Source: Gammaproteobacteria bacterium
GTDB taxonomy: Bacteria; Pseudomonadota; Gammaproteobacteria; UBA6002
Assembly: GCA_013697705.1 (NCBI GenBank)
Contig: JACCWJ010000004.1
Coordinates: 107,220-171,219, forward strand
DNA: 64,000 nucleotides
Direction of reading: 5' to 3'
The position numbers and the translations under genes were made by a program. How positions within the stretch are numbered: position 1 is the stretch's first letter; every line of letters begins with the position of its first letter. Below are positions 30,267 to 39,075 of the stretch, piece after piece. Under the pieces are notes generated by a model. It was not told the DNA's origin and ran no database searches. It saw nothing but the letters and a program-made list of their open reading frames with translations.

Positions 30267-31229
30267 ATGGCTTTAAAAGTGGTTTTTGCCGGCACTCCCG
30301 AGTTTGCCTTGCCTACCTTGCAAGCATTACTTGCGTCCCACGAGATTTGCAGTGTTTATACCAAGCCGGATAGCCCATCAGGACGAGGTTTAAAGCTCAC
30401 TTTTAGTCCTGTTAAACAATTTGTCATCGACAATTGCCCTTCAATTCCGATTTTGCAGCCCGTGAATCTTAAAGATGCTGACACCCAAAAACAATTAAGT
30501 GAATTTCACGCGGATGTTATGATCGTTATCGCCTACGGACTTATCTTACCGCCAGCCGTCCTCTCCCTCTTTAAATATGGTTGTATCAATGTTCATGCAT
30601 CACTCTTGCCAAAATGGCGTGGTGCGGCGCCTATTCACCGCGCTATTCTAGCCGGTGATTACGAAACGGGAACAACTATCATGCAAATTAACGAAGGTTT
30701 AGATACCGGGGATATTCTTCATCGTAGGAAATATCAAATTCGTAGTCGGGATACTACTAAAGACGTTCATGACAGCCTTGCGAAGCTAGGTGCAGAAGCG
30801 TTAATCGAAACCTTGGCGCTACTTGAAAATGCTCAACTATCGCCTATTATCCAGGACAATAATTTGGCGACCTATGCAGCGAAGATCGCAAAAGAGGAAG
30901 CCGCTATAGATTGGAATACCTCTGTCACTTATATCGATCGTCAAATTAGAGCGTTCAATCCGTGGCCGATTGCTCACACCTATTTAGGTGCCCATCTTTT
31001 GAAAATATGGGCGGCTGAAGTCCTTGCTAACTCTGCAACGGATTACCCCAATGGGACCATCATTGCAGCGAGTGAACAAGGAATAGATGTGGTTGCCGCC
31101 GAAGGTATAATTCGGCTGCTGAGGGTGCAAATTCCTGGAGGCAAGCCGATGTCGGTTGCCTCTTTTTTAAATTCTCGAAGTAATCTCATCATCCCCGGCA
31201 CAACCCGCCTCGGATTACCCCCATGCTAG
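30267..31229 (+). CDS. fmt: Methionyl-tRNA formyltransferase
   Basis: VFAGTPEFA, VIAYGLIL, INVHASLLPKWRGAAPI, GLDTGD. Confidence 0.96.
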   Translation: MALKVVFAGTPEFALPTLQALLASHEICSVYTKPDSPSGRGLKLTFSPVKQFVIDNCPSIPILQPVNLKDADTQKQLSEFHADVMIVIAYGLILPPAVLSLFKYGCINVHASLLPKWRGAAPIHRAILAGDYETGTTIMQINEGLDTGDILHRRKYQIRSRDTTKDVHDSLAKLGAEALIETLALLENAQLSPIIQDNNLATYAAKIAKEEAAIDWNTSVTYIDRQIRAFNPWPIAHTYLGAHLLKIWAAEVLANSATDYPNGTIIAASEQGIDVVAAEGIIRLLRVQIPGGKPMSVASFLNSRSNLIIPGTTRLGLPPC

Positions 31230-31750
31230 TTATCTTAGACCGAGATGGGGTAATTAATTACGACTCAGAGGATTATATTAAGAGCCCCGAAGAATGGGTT
31301 CACATTCCTGGCAGTCTTGAAGCGATAGCTAAATTAAAACAGTCGGGTTTTAAAGTGGTTGTTGCTACCAATCAATCTGGGATTGCGAAGGGACTCTATA
31401 GCGAAGCTATTCTTCATGAAATTCATGCAAAAATGGCCCAGGAATTAAAAAGGCTGGGCGTTGAGTTAGACGGTATTTTTTACTGTCCACACAGTCCTCA
31501 AGATGAATGTAGCTGCCGCAAGCCTAAACCGGGCATGTTCCTAGCCATTAAAGACCAATTCAATGAAGACTTCAAAGAGTCTATTTGCGTCGGCGATTCA
31601 TTGAGAGATATCCAAGCCGCTCAGCGTGCAGGGAGTAAATCTGTATTAGTGCTTACGGGAAATGGCGAAAAAACGCTCCAGAAAATAGAAAAATCCACCA
31701 TTCCAGTTTACAGTGATTTAGCTGAATTCGTCTCAAAGTGGCTAATTTGA
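31223..31750 (+). CDS. gmhB: D-glycero-beta-D-manno-heptose 1,7-bisphosphate 7-phosphatase
   Basis: HAD motif LDRDGVIN, ATNQSGI, CPH..C.CRKPKPG, VGDSLRD. Confidence 0.93.
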   Translation: MLVILDRDGVINYDSEDYIKSPEEWVHIPGSLEAIAKLKQSGFKVVVATNQSGIAKGLYSEAILHEIHAKMAQELKRLGVELDGIFYCPHSPQDECSCRKPKPGMFLAIKDQFNEDFKESICVGDSLRDIQAAQRAGSKSVLVLTGNGEKTLQKIEKSTIPVYSDLAEFVSKWLI

Positions 31751-32026
31751 ATCACAGATAATGAAATCCGCATGCTCTTCCCACGGATGACTTTTTTTAT
31801 CTACTGCAGTGACATGTGCCTTTGTTGGACCTTCCCATAACCATCTTTCCAGAGTTTGAATGTGGTCTGATTCTCCGCACGCTAAAAGCTCAACACTGCC
31901 ATCATTTACATTTTTGACCCAGCCGCTGATATTCAACTCTATAGCTTTTTTACGAGCATTATCCCGGAAAAATACCCCTTGAACGGTTCCTGAAACAATA
32001 AAGCGACGACATAGTTTAGACATCAT
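31742..32026 (-). CDS. acyP: Acylphosphatase
   Basis: VSGTVQGVFFR, GWVKNVNDGSVE, GP..A.V. Confidence 0.92.
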   Translation of the reverse strand: MMSKLCRRFIVSGTVQGVFFRDNARKKAIELNISGWVKNVNDGSVELLACGESDHIQTLERWLWEGPTKAHVTAVDKKSHPWEEHADFIICDSN

Positions 32027-32037
32027 AACTCCAACTT

Positions 32038-32505
32038 CTAATCATACGTAACGGCGGGTAAGCTCATAACAGCCTGGAAATTCTCCAATTTTTGAGGTCC
32101 ATGAAGAGTATGGCTGAGCTTACCGTGAGGATCGATTATATAAGTAACGGGTAGATCATCTGGTTTGCCTCCCCATTTTTCGATCGGGAAGGAACTTAAG
32201 AAGGGATAATTTACTTGGTAACCTTGCGACAAATTCCGCAACACACTGTCGCTAAGATTATCAACATTTACCCCAAGGACGATTACTTTATGTTTATAAT
32301 ATTTAGCCAATTTATTCAATTCGGGAATTTCTTGAATACAGGGGACGCACCAGGTAGCCCAGTAGTTAATGACTATCCATTTTCCGCGATAGTCAGAAAT
32401 GCGTATTGGGCGACCATAAATATCCAAGGCATCCGGGGTGCAGCCTTCGAAAAAAATCAACATGGAGAGTATGAAAAATACAGAGACAAACTTCCTTGTT
32501 CTCAT
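32038..32505 (-). CDS. TlpA-family thiol-disulfide oxidoreductase (probable lipoprotein)
   Basis: VINYWATWCVPCIQEIPEL, LPVTYIIDP; N-terminal hydrophobic stretch ending EGC. Confidence 0.85.
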   Translation of the reverse strand: MRTRKFVSVFFILSMLIFFEGCTPDALDIYGRPIRISDYRGKWIVINYWATWCVPCIQEIPELNKLAKYYKHKVIVLGVNVDNLSDSVLRNLSQGYQVNYPFLSSFPIEKWGGKPDDLPVTYIIDPHGKLSHTLHGPQKLENFQAVMSLPAVTYD

Positions 32506-32511
32506 AATTTA

Positions 32512-33174
32512 TTAATTTCCTTTATGGGATTGTTTAATGAGGAGTTCATAATCTTGTGCGAGTCCTTTGGGGTCAATGGGCGGTGAAAATAAAGCGGCTA
32601 AATTTCCATCGGGGTCTATTACTAATACGGTACCGCTATGATCAATTTGATAATCTTCAGCTTGATTAGGATTCGATTTCGAGTAGAGGATATTTAATTT
32701 ATGCGTCATATCTTCTAATTGGGCTTCAGTTCCAGTGGCGCCATCAAAACTTTTATTAAAAGAGGTTACATACTGTTTGATACGCTTTACTGAGTCGCGT
32801 TCTGGATCAATAGAAATAAAATAGACTTGCGGTAATTGGGAAATTTTATCCGTCACTAAATTATTATAAACCTGGTTAAGACTGCCTAGTGTCGTTGGGC
32901 ATAGCATTGCACAATTAGTGAAGCCAAAGAACAGCATGCTCCATTGACCTTTTAATTGCGCATTAGTGAATGACAAATTATTGGGGCCATTGTCTAAGGT
33001 GAACGGTTGGATTTGGCGCGGGATAGGGAAAGCAGTTCCGGTTTTGAGCGTTAGCTCCTTGGCGGGAGGTTCATTCCAATTGTAATGCGACCAGAGGCCA
33101 AAGAGTAGGGCAAGTATACAAAAAGCAACGCCAGCAAATAAAACTTGCCGTTCAAGACTACCTTTCTCAAACAT
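32512..33174 (-). CDS. SCO1/SenC copper chaperone
   Basis: FFGFTNCAMLCP (CxxxC), SIDPERD, IDHSG. Confidence 0.92.
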   Translation of the reverse strand: MFEKGSLERQVLFAGVAFCILALLFGLWSHYNWNEPPAKELTLKTGTAFPIPRQIQPFTLDNGPNNLSFTNAQLKGQWSMLFFGFTNCAMLCPTTLGSLNQVYNNLVTDKISQLPQVYFISIDPERDSVKRIKQYVTSFNKSFDGATGTEAQLEDMTHKLNILYSKSNPNQAEDYQIDHSGTVLVIDPDGNLAALFSPPIDPKGLAQDYELLIKQSHKGN

Positions 33175-34054
33175 GAAATCCTCCTAGTACATTGAGGTAA
33201 TGATCAGTCAACAATAATAAAAACATGGCCATAAGGTAAAAAATAGAAAAGTAGAATGTATTCATGGCGACTTGTGGATTATTCGATTTATAAAGTTGAC
33301 AGCTCTTGATAAGAAAAACGCCGCCTAGTATTAATGCACCAATTAAGTAAGGGACGCCGCTCATATTAATGATAAATGGCATGATAGAAATAATCACCAT
33401 TAATAGTGTGTAAAGCACTATACATAGTTTTGTAAAGGGCACGCCGTGTGTAACCGGTAACATAGGGATTTCCGCTTTTTTATATTCCTCATAACGTGCA
33501 ATAGCGAGAGACCAAAAATGGGGAGGGGTCCAAGTGAAAATCAGTAATACCAACAATAAGATTGCAGGATCAGTGGAAGCAGTGACAGCTGTCCATCCTA
33601 ATAAGGGAGGGGTCGCGCCGGCAAGCCCACCAATTACAATATTCTGTGGAGTCGCTCTTTTTAAAAAAACGGTGTAGATAAAGGCATAACCCACTAACGT
33701 CGCAAATGTTAGTATCGCTGTAAGCGTATTTACAAAAAATATTAAAATACTCATGCCACTAAGGCTTAATATAAATGCAAAAATTCCCGCCTTACTGGGG
33801 GAGATGTTGCCAGAGGGAATAGGTCTTCGTTTGGTTCTGCCCATTACACTGTCAATTCGATGATCAATAAGCTGGTTAATGACCCCCCCCGCTCCGGCAC
33901 ATAGGCCAATGCCAAGTGTCCCGAAAAAAAGTATTTGCCAGGGGATATGATCAGTAGCGAGCAGCATGCCAACGATCGAGGTCAGTAGCATTAATGCTAC
34001 TACGCGAGGTTTGCATAATTCATAGTAATTTCGCCATACAGCATAAGTTTTCAC
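33167..34054 (-). CDS. cyoE: Protoheme IX farnesyltransferase (heme O synthase, CyoE/CtaB)
   Basis: LCKPRVV, DSVMGRTKRRPIPSG, LKRATPQNIVIGGLAGA, WTPPHFWSL. Confidence 0.94.
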   Translation of the reverse strand: MKTYAVWRNYYELCKPRVVALMLLTSIVGMLLATDHIPWQILFFGTLGIGLCAGAGGVINQLIDHRIDSVMGRTKRRPIPSGNISPSKAGIFAFILSLSGMSILIFFVNTLTAILTFATLVGYAFIYTVFLKRATPQNIVIGGLAGATPPLLGWTAVTASTDPAILLLVLLIFTWTPPHFWSLAIARYEEYKKAEIPMLPVTHGVPFTKLCIVLYTLLMVIISIMPFIINMSGVPYLIGALILGGVFLIKSCQLYKSNNPQVAMNTFYFSIFYLMAMFLLLLTDHYLNVLGGFHV

Positions 34055-35127
34055 AGAGTAGGCATCCCCTGATGTGAAGCTGGGGGTTGCTTAGCAACCA
34101 AAACAACCGCCGATTTGCGAGAAGTTGTTAGCTGGTAAAGTAGTGTCAGCATGGAAAGCAACAGTAATAACGCTACCGCATTATGTGAAACGGCGATTGG
34201 GAGATAGAGGAGGGTAGCAATATTTAAAATTCCCAAGAAAATCTGGGTAGTAAGTATCAGAAAGATCATGCCCATTGTATTTTTAAGAGCACTGGTTTTA
34301 TTGGAAAAAAGCACATAGCTGGTCAATGAAAGAATATAACTTGTTGTGATGAAGGCGCCATATCGATGCGTCATTTGAATAGTGACTCTCGCTGATTCGC
34401 CTAATATTCCTCCCTGATAATTTTTACCGATAGGACTGAAGAAATTGAAAGCTTCAGAAAAATTAAATTTAGGAAATAATTGGCCCTGACAATAAGGGAA
34501 ATCAGGACATACAATGGAAGCATAATTTGCGCTGGTCCAGCCACCCAAAAAAATCTGCAGAAATACAATAACTACGCCGAGAATGACCCAGGGTTTTAAA
34601 TAATTCAATGAATTGGCGGGGGGATGTGTTACTAATCGTCCAGTATCTAATGTAAGCCACCACAATAACGCAACAATTGTCATGCCGCCTAAAAGATGAC
34701 CCATTACCACAAGGGGTAAAAGCTGCCAGGTAACGGTCCACATTCCTAATAGTGCTTGAAAAATCACGCAGGCAATTAAAAGTTGGGGCACAATTCGGGG
34801 ATGTTGCGAATCTTTTTTGCGTGCCAAAAAACTCCAGCCTGCTAATACCATAATGAGGAGTCCTAATGACCCTGCAAAATAACGGTGGGTCATTTCTGCC
34901 CATGCTTTTGTGGGTTCAACTGGTTGCTGGGGATAAAGCTTAGAGGCAGAAGCAAGAGCCGATTGTGTTTTAGGTACGATGAGTTGACCATAACAACCAG
35001 GCCAATCAGGACAGCCCAAGCCTGCATCTTTAAGTCGGGTATAAGCGCCTAAAATGACAACTACAAACGCAAGGATGGTGGCTAAAAATGCAAGTCGTGT
35101 AAAAAGATTTTTTTTTGTTTTAACCAA
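34051..35127 (-). CDS. ctaA: Heme A synthase (COX15/CtaA)
   Basis: GAYTRLKDAGLGCPDWPGCYG, EMTHR, HLLGG, QMTHR, HNAVA. Confidence 0.92.
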   Translation of the reverse strand: MVKTKKNLFTRLAFLATILAFVVVILGAYTRLKDAGLGCPDWPGCYGQLIVPKTQSALASASKLYPQQPVEPTKAWAEMTHRYFAGSLGLLIMVLAGWSFLARKKDSQHPRIVPQLLIACVIFQALLGMWTVTWQLLPLVVMGHLLGGMTIVALLWWLTLDTGRLVTHPPANSLNYLKPWVILGVVIVFLQIFLGGWTSANYASIVCPDFPYCQGQLFPKFNFSEAFNFFSPIGKNYQGGILGESARVTIQMTHRYGAFITTSYILSLTSYVLFSNKTSALKNTMGMIFLILTTQIFLGILNIATLLYLPIAVSHNAVALLLLLSMLTLLYQLTTSRKSAVVLVAKQPPASHQGMPTL

Positions 35128-35713
35128 TTTGCGATACCTTCAATACACGTTCCAAATCTTTCAAAATACCTTTTGGCGCTGCATCTGGAGCGTAAAACAA
35201 CAGGATGTTTCCTAGGGGATCTACAAGATAAAGCGAACCTTTTTCTAAAGCAAGTTTTTTAGGTAGACTTGCCTCTATTTCAGCTATTTTTTCGTGAGAA
35301 ATAGTAAAATGTAAGGTGCCAGGATAATGTTGGCGCAGCCAATCATCAAATCCCTTTTTGGTCTGTAGGGTGATAATAGCGCGCTCTATACGGTCACGAT
35401 TTTTCCCTGTCGCTTGACGAATCTGGCGAATATAATAAAGATTACGTTGAGCTAATGAATTTTCGGGGTCTGCAGTAAGATAAATTAGCCACCATTTCCC
35501 CTTCAACTGAGCTTTATTTGCTGGCTCTTGGTTGCTTACCAAGGCAAGGGTTGAAATAGGAACAGTCGGTTGCATCAAAAGTCCATGATTTACTTTGCCA
35601 CCGCTTAAAAAGAGACCATGGCTATAAGTTAGCCAGGCGGCAACCATCGGCCCCACAAAAATAAATGTCAGCAATAGAATAATTAATGATTTATTCACTT
35701 TCGTCGTTAACAT
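35120..35713 (-). CDS. Conserved membrane-anchored protein of cytochrome oxidase assembly clusters
   Basis: N-terminal TM helix, VNHGLLMQP, LYLVDPLGNILLFY, KDLERVLKVSQIG. ATG 35713 overlaps the SURF1 stop (TAATG). Confidence 0.7.
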   Translation of the reverse strand: MLTTKVNKSLIILLLTFIFVGPMVAAWLTYSHGLFLSGGKVNHGLLMQPTVPISTLALVSNQEPANKAQLKGKWWLIYLTADPENSLAQRNLYYIRQIRQATGKNRDRIERAIITLQTKKGFDDWLRQHYPGTLHFTISHEKIAEIEASLPKKLALEKGSLYLVDPLGNILLFYAPDAAPKGILKDLERVLKVSQIG

Positions 35714-36450
35714 TATTTCGCCCTTGATGTGTTTAATGTTATATAAATAATAATCAGGGTTAAAGCTAGTAGAAACCACTGTACTGCATAACCCAGATGC
35801 CGATAAGAAGGGAAGCTAACCGGTTTCCAATCTCGGATTAAAGCGCTGTTGTCTCCCGTTTGGATTAATAAATAAAAAGGATAGGTTTTTTCGTTTAACG
35901 CTTTATCAATCACGGCAAAATCAGTTGCTTGCAGGATAAGCGGCCACTTGTATAGCACAGGCTCCTTTTTTAAAACAAATGTTTTACTCGGAAAATAAAT
36001 TAAGCCTACCAATGTTCTGATTCCCTCTGACGCAGGAATTTCAGGCAATTCATTTCGATTTTTGACGCTTAAGAACCCGCGATTAACGAGTAATACACGC
36101 TTATTGTCAGCAAGAATAAAAGGGCTGAGTATTTGAAACCCTGCTTGATTATTATAAGTTTTGTTGTCTAGAAAAAATAAGTGTTGATTGTCAAAACGTC
36201 CTGTCACTTTGAGTTGTTTATATTGCAAAAGTTTATTATTTGGCTCATTAAGTTCACTTAATAATATGGGTTTAGAGGTGGCGTATTCCCGTTCGATTAT
36301 TTTTTTTGCCTCTGCGCGGTGGAGTTGCCATACTCCCAATGAGAGGAGTAACGGCAATAGGGCGAGGATACCTAGGGTGGGGACCCAAGCGGGAGAAAAA
36401 AGATAACCAAATAGATGTACTCTGATTCTAGGTAGTTTAATATAACTCAA
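35713..36450 (-). CDS. SURF1-family cytochrome oxidase biogenesis protein
   Basis: LGVWQLHRAEAK, LLVNRGF, HLGYAVQWF. Confidence 0.92.
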   Translation of the reverse strand: MSYIKLPRIRVHLFGYLFSPAWVPTLGILALLPLLLSLGVWQLHRAEAKKIIEREYATSKPILLSELNEPNNKLLQYKQLKVTGRFDNQHLFFLDNKTYNNQAGFQILSPFILADNKRVLLVNRGFLSVKNRNELPEIPASEGIRTLVGLIYFPSKTFVLKKEPVLYKWPLILQATDFAVIDKALNEKTYPFYLLIQTGDNSALIRDWKPVSFPSYRHLGYAVQWFLLALTLIIIYITLNTSRAK

Positions 36451-36478
36451 TGACCCTCCTTACTTTCGGAAATGTTAT

Positions 36479-36688
36479 ATGATAATGAAAACAATTGTCA
36501 TTTTGCTACTGTTTACGATAATTTATTGTCTAGGTAGTGCAGTTTTTTTCATGATTCGTGACAAAGGACGCTCTAAAAGTATGGCTAAAGCACTTACCTG
36601 GCGAATTAGTTTATCTTTACTTTTATTTCTGCTGCTTATCATAGGGTATGCTATGGGCTGGATTGTACCTCATGGAGTGCAACCATAA
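36479..36688 (+). CDS. Twin-transmembrane-helix small protein (HIG1/DUF2909-like)
   Basis: LGSAVFFMIRDKG, KALTWRISLS, GWIVPHG; divergent from SURF1 as in canonical cox loci. Confidence 0.82.
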   Translation: MIMKTIVILLLFTIIYCLGSAVFFMIRDKGRSKSMAKALTWRISLSLLLFLLLIIGYAMGWIVPHGVQP

Positions 36689-36722
36689 TAATTTTTCAAT
36701 CCGTTGAAAAGGAGTGTAACGC

Positions 36723-36872
36723 ATGGGCATGAAGCTCGGATCCTTAATCTTAATATTTCTCATTGTTTTATTATTGTTTGGTACCAAACGATTGCGTAAT
36801 GTCGGCGAAGACTTGGCTACAGCCATTAAAAGCTTTCGTAAAGGTCTAAAAGACGATAATAAAATTGAGTGA
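36723..36872 (+). CDS. tatA: Twin-arginine translocase subunit TatA (49 aa, absent from ORF track)
   Basis: Manual translation MGMKLGSLILIFLIVLLLFGTKRLRNVGEDLATAIKSFRKGLKDDNKIE*, with the FG hinge and amphipathic helix. Confidence 0.9.
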   Translation: MGMKLGSLILIFLIVLLLFGTKRLRNVGEDLATAIKSFRKGLKDDNKIE

Positions 36873-36875
36873 TGT

Positions 36876-37079
36876 ATGTTAGAGATTAGTTTTTGGAAAA
36901 TTATTTTGGTGGCAGTAGTTGCGTTGATTGTCTTAGGACCCGAACAGTTGCCAAGAGCAGCGCGATCAGTGGGTCGTCTCCTCAAGGAACTAAAGAAAGG
37001 GCTCGCGTCCGTGCAAAAAGAGATAGCAGGGACCATAAAAACGGAAAATGATGAGCCTGAAAAAGAGTCGGATAAATAG
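36876..37079 (+). CDS. tatB: Twin-arginine translocase subunit TatB (short)
   Basis: VVALIVLGPEQLPRAARSVG; lies between tatA and tatC. Confidence 0.88.
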   Translation: MLEISFWKIILVAVVALIVLGPEQLPRAARSVGRLLKELKKGLASVQKEIAGTIKTENDEPEKESDK

Positions 37080-37091
37080 TCCTCTATAGAG

Positions 37092-37817
37092 GTGATAATG
37101 GATTATCTTTTAGAATTACGCAGACGCTTACTGTACTGTCTCGGATTTACAGCGGTTGTTTTTTGTATTCTCTCTTTTTATGCTAACCCACTTTATGAGT
37201 TACTCACTAAGCCCCTGCTCCATCAATTGCCTGCAACGCATCTAATCGCTACCCAAATTTCGGCCCCCTTTTTAGTTCCGATGAAATTCGCTTTTATCAT
37301 CAGTCTGATGTTGTTAATGCCTTTGTTTTTTTATCATCTGTGGAGTTTTGTTGCTCCCGCCTTATATGTTCATGAAAGAAAAAAAATATGGGTGTTATTA
37401 TTGCCCAGTGTGGTTTTATTTTATATTGGCTTCTTTTTTGCTTATTTTGTTGTGTTACCGATTATTTTTCGTTTCTTCGTCGAAACCACTCCCGCACATG
37501 TCGAGCTTTTACCTGACATCAGCCTTTATTTGGGTTTTGCCATGCAAATATTATTTGCCTTCGGGTTAATTTTCGAAGTGCCCATTGTAGTGTTATTGCT
37601 CATTCATTTTAAAATCTCTTCTTTAGAGGAACTGAAAAAAGCCCGACGGTATGTAATTGTTTTGTCATTTGTGGTGGGAATGGTGCTCACGCCCCCGGAT
37701 GTTTTGTCTCAGACGTTATTAGCTGTGCCTATGTGGTTGTTATATGAGCTTGGGTTAGTGCTCGCGAAGATTTTTCTGGGGGCTAAGGACGCAACAATTG
37801 TCTCCAAGCCTGAATAA
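37092..37817 (+). CDS. tatC: Twin-arginine translocase subunit TatC
   Basis: LLELRRRLL, FVAPALYVHE, FEVP, LTPPDVLSQ. Start is GTG 37092 or ATG 37098. Confidence 0.95.
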   Translation: MIMDYLLELRRRLLYCLGFTAVVFCILSFYANPLYELLTKPLLHQLPATHLIATQISAPFLVPMKFAFIISLMLLMPLFFYHLWSFVAPALYVHERKKIWVLLLPSVVLFYIGFFFAYFVVLPIIFRFFVETTPAHVELLPDISLYLGFAMQILFAFGLIFEVPIVVLLLIHFKISSLEELKKARRYVIVLSFVVGMVLTPPDVLSQTLLAVPMWLLYELGLVLAKIFLGAKDATIVSKPE

Positions 37818-37971
37818 GCTCCTGAATGTTAGAAGGCAGCCCTGTACTAACAGAGTCTAGGTTATTAATATCCAGCTCTATCCAAATGTCGGTGTCTTTG
37901 ACTCTTACTAAAATTGAATTTCGATTAATTTTTACGCCGTCAAACTCTGGCGGCCAATCAAGAGGGAGCAT
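37783..37971 (-). CDS. Hypothetical 62-aa protein divergent from the HTH regulator
   Basis: Mostly intergenic ATG-started ORF with globular-looking composition. No clear RBS and a 35-nt overlap with the tatC 3' end. Confidence 0.35.
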   Translation of the reverse strand: MLPLDWPPEFDGVKINRNSILVRVKDTDIWIELDINNLDSVSTGLPSNIQELIQAWRQLLRP

Positions 37972-38256
37972 TTTACAAAAAAAGGGGTTTTTTAGAGCGA
38001 GGAAAGCTTAAGGCAAAATGAACTGTTGGGCGGTTCAAGGAAAATTTCCGCTCTATTATATGTAAAAAACATAGCATTCTTGTTCATCTCCTTTAAAAGT
38101 AGTGTTACTATGATGTTTTATAGTTATAATGTTCTCTTAAGGCTTATTTAAGCATGTGACTTTTATTAATTCAAATTTTTTAATTAAAATTTATGAATTT
38201 AAAGTTTTTTTGATATAATTTAGGAATTTGAACAATAACCAACAGGTGAAAAAGTA

Positions 38257-38940
38257 ATGCCAGTGGCAGATATTTTAGATCAGAAATCGACTCCTGAAGC
38301 ACGAGGAAAACGTCTCAAGAGTTTAAGGATGATGGCTGGATTGTCTCGTAAAGCACTCGAAGACAAATACGACATTAGCGCGAGTACAATGCAATCCTGG
38401 GAAGATGCGAAAGCGGGCGGATTGACAGAGAAAGGTGCTAAACGAGCCATCGAAGTTTTTAGGCAAGAAGGAATCCGCTGTGCAGTTGATTGGCTTCTTT
38501 ACGGAATTGGCCTGCCACCTCAGCTAAGCGACAAATTGTTTCAACAACAAATTCATCTTCAAGAATCGCTGGAAGATAGGGTTGAAATCACGGAAGAGCG
38601 TGCGATAGTTAATGAATTGCTAGCTTTCCGTCAACATAACCCTGATGCAGTTGAATTTATAGTACCTGATGAAGGCATGGCACCTATCTACTATAAAGGT
38701 GATTATGTTGCAGGTAAACGTCGCTATAATGAAGCGATTGATAATGTTTTAGGTATGGATTGCATAGTAGAAACTAAAGAAAATGAAGTCTTGCTCAGAA
38801 GACTAAAGCTTGGGTCACAATCTGGACTTTATACTCTAATCTGCTTAAATCCAGAAGCCAATGTACCCGAATTCGCTCTTCATGATCGGGAAATTCTCAG
38901 TGCTGCCCCAGTAATTTGGCTACGGCGCAAAGATCCTTAA
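38257..38940 (+). CDS. XRE/CI-like HTH regulator with degenerate S24-like C-terminal domain
   Basis: RGKRLKSLRMMAGLSRKAL..ISASTMQSWE (HTH_3-like), DWLLYG, VPDEGMAPIYYKGDYV (S24-like GDSMxP region). Confidence 0.78.
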   Translation: MPVADILDQKSTPEARGKRLKSLRMMAGLSRKALEDKYDISASTMQSWEDAKAGGLTEKGAKRAIEVFRQEGIRCAVDWLLYGIGLPPQLSDKLFQQQIHLQESLEDRVEITEERAIVNELLAFRQHNPDAVEFIVPDEGMAPIYYKGDYVAGKRRYNEAIDNVLGMDCIVETKENEVLLRRLKLGSQSGLYTLICLNPEANVPEFALHDREILSAAPVIWLRRKDP

Positions 38941-38952
38941 AAGCGATCGCTT

Positions 38953-39066
38953 ACTCTTCTCGTAGTCCCGCGACATAACTCCCGTCACGGGACTACTTCT
39001 CTTTGTCATCCCGCAACCTACTCTTCTACGTTGTCCACCACCACCTTTCTACGTTGCCCCACGAAC
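38953..39066. repeat. REP-like hairpin plus degenerate ~24-nt tandem units
   Basis: Stem GTAGTCCCGCGAC (38962-38974) / GTCACGGGACTAC (38984-38996), with related units ACTCTTCTCGTAGTCCCGCGA, ACTTCTCTTTGTCATCCCGCAA, ACTCTTCTACGTTGTCCACCA, ACCTTTCTACGTTGCCCCACGA. Confidence 0.6.
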
Positions 39067-39075
39067 AGTGACCTT

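Noticed and set aside
38953-39066. Possible degenerate CRISPR array
   Set aside because: Units are contiguous without unique spacers, too divergent, and no cas genes are present.
37783-39075. Prophage or genomic island around the CI-like gene
   Set aside because: No integrase, att repeats, tRNA target or phage structural genes.
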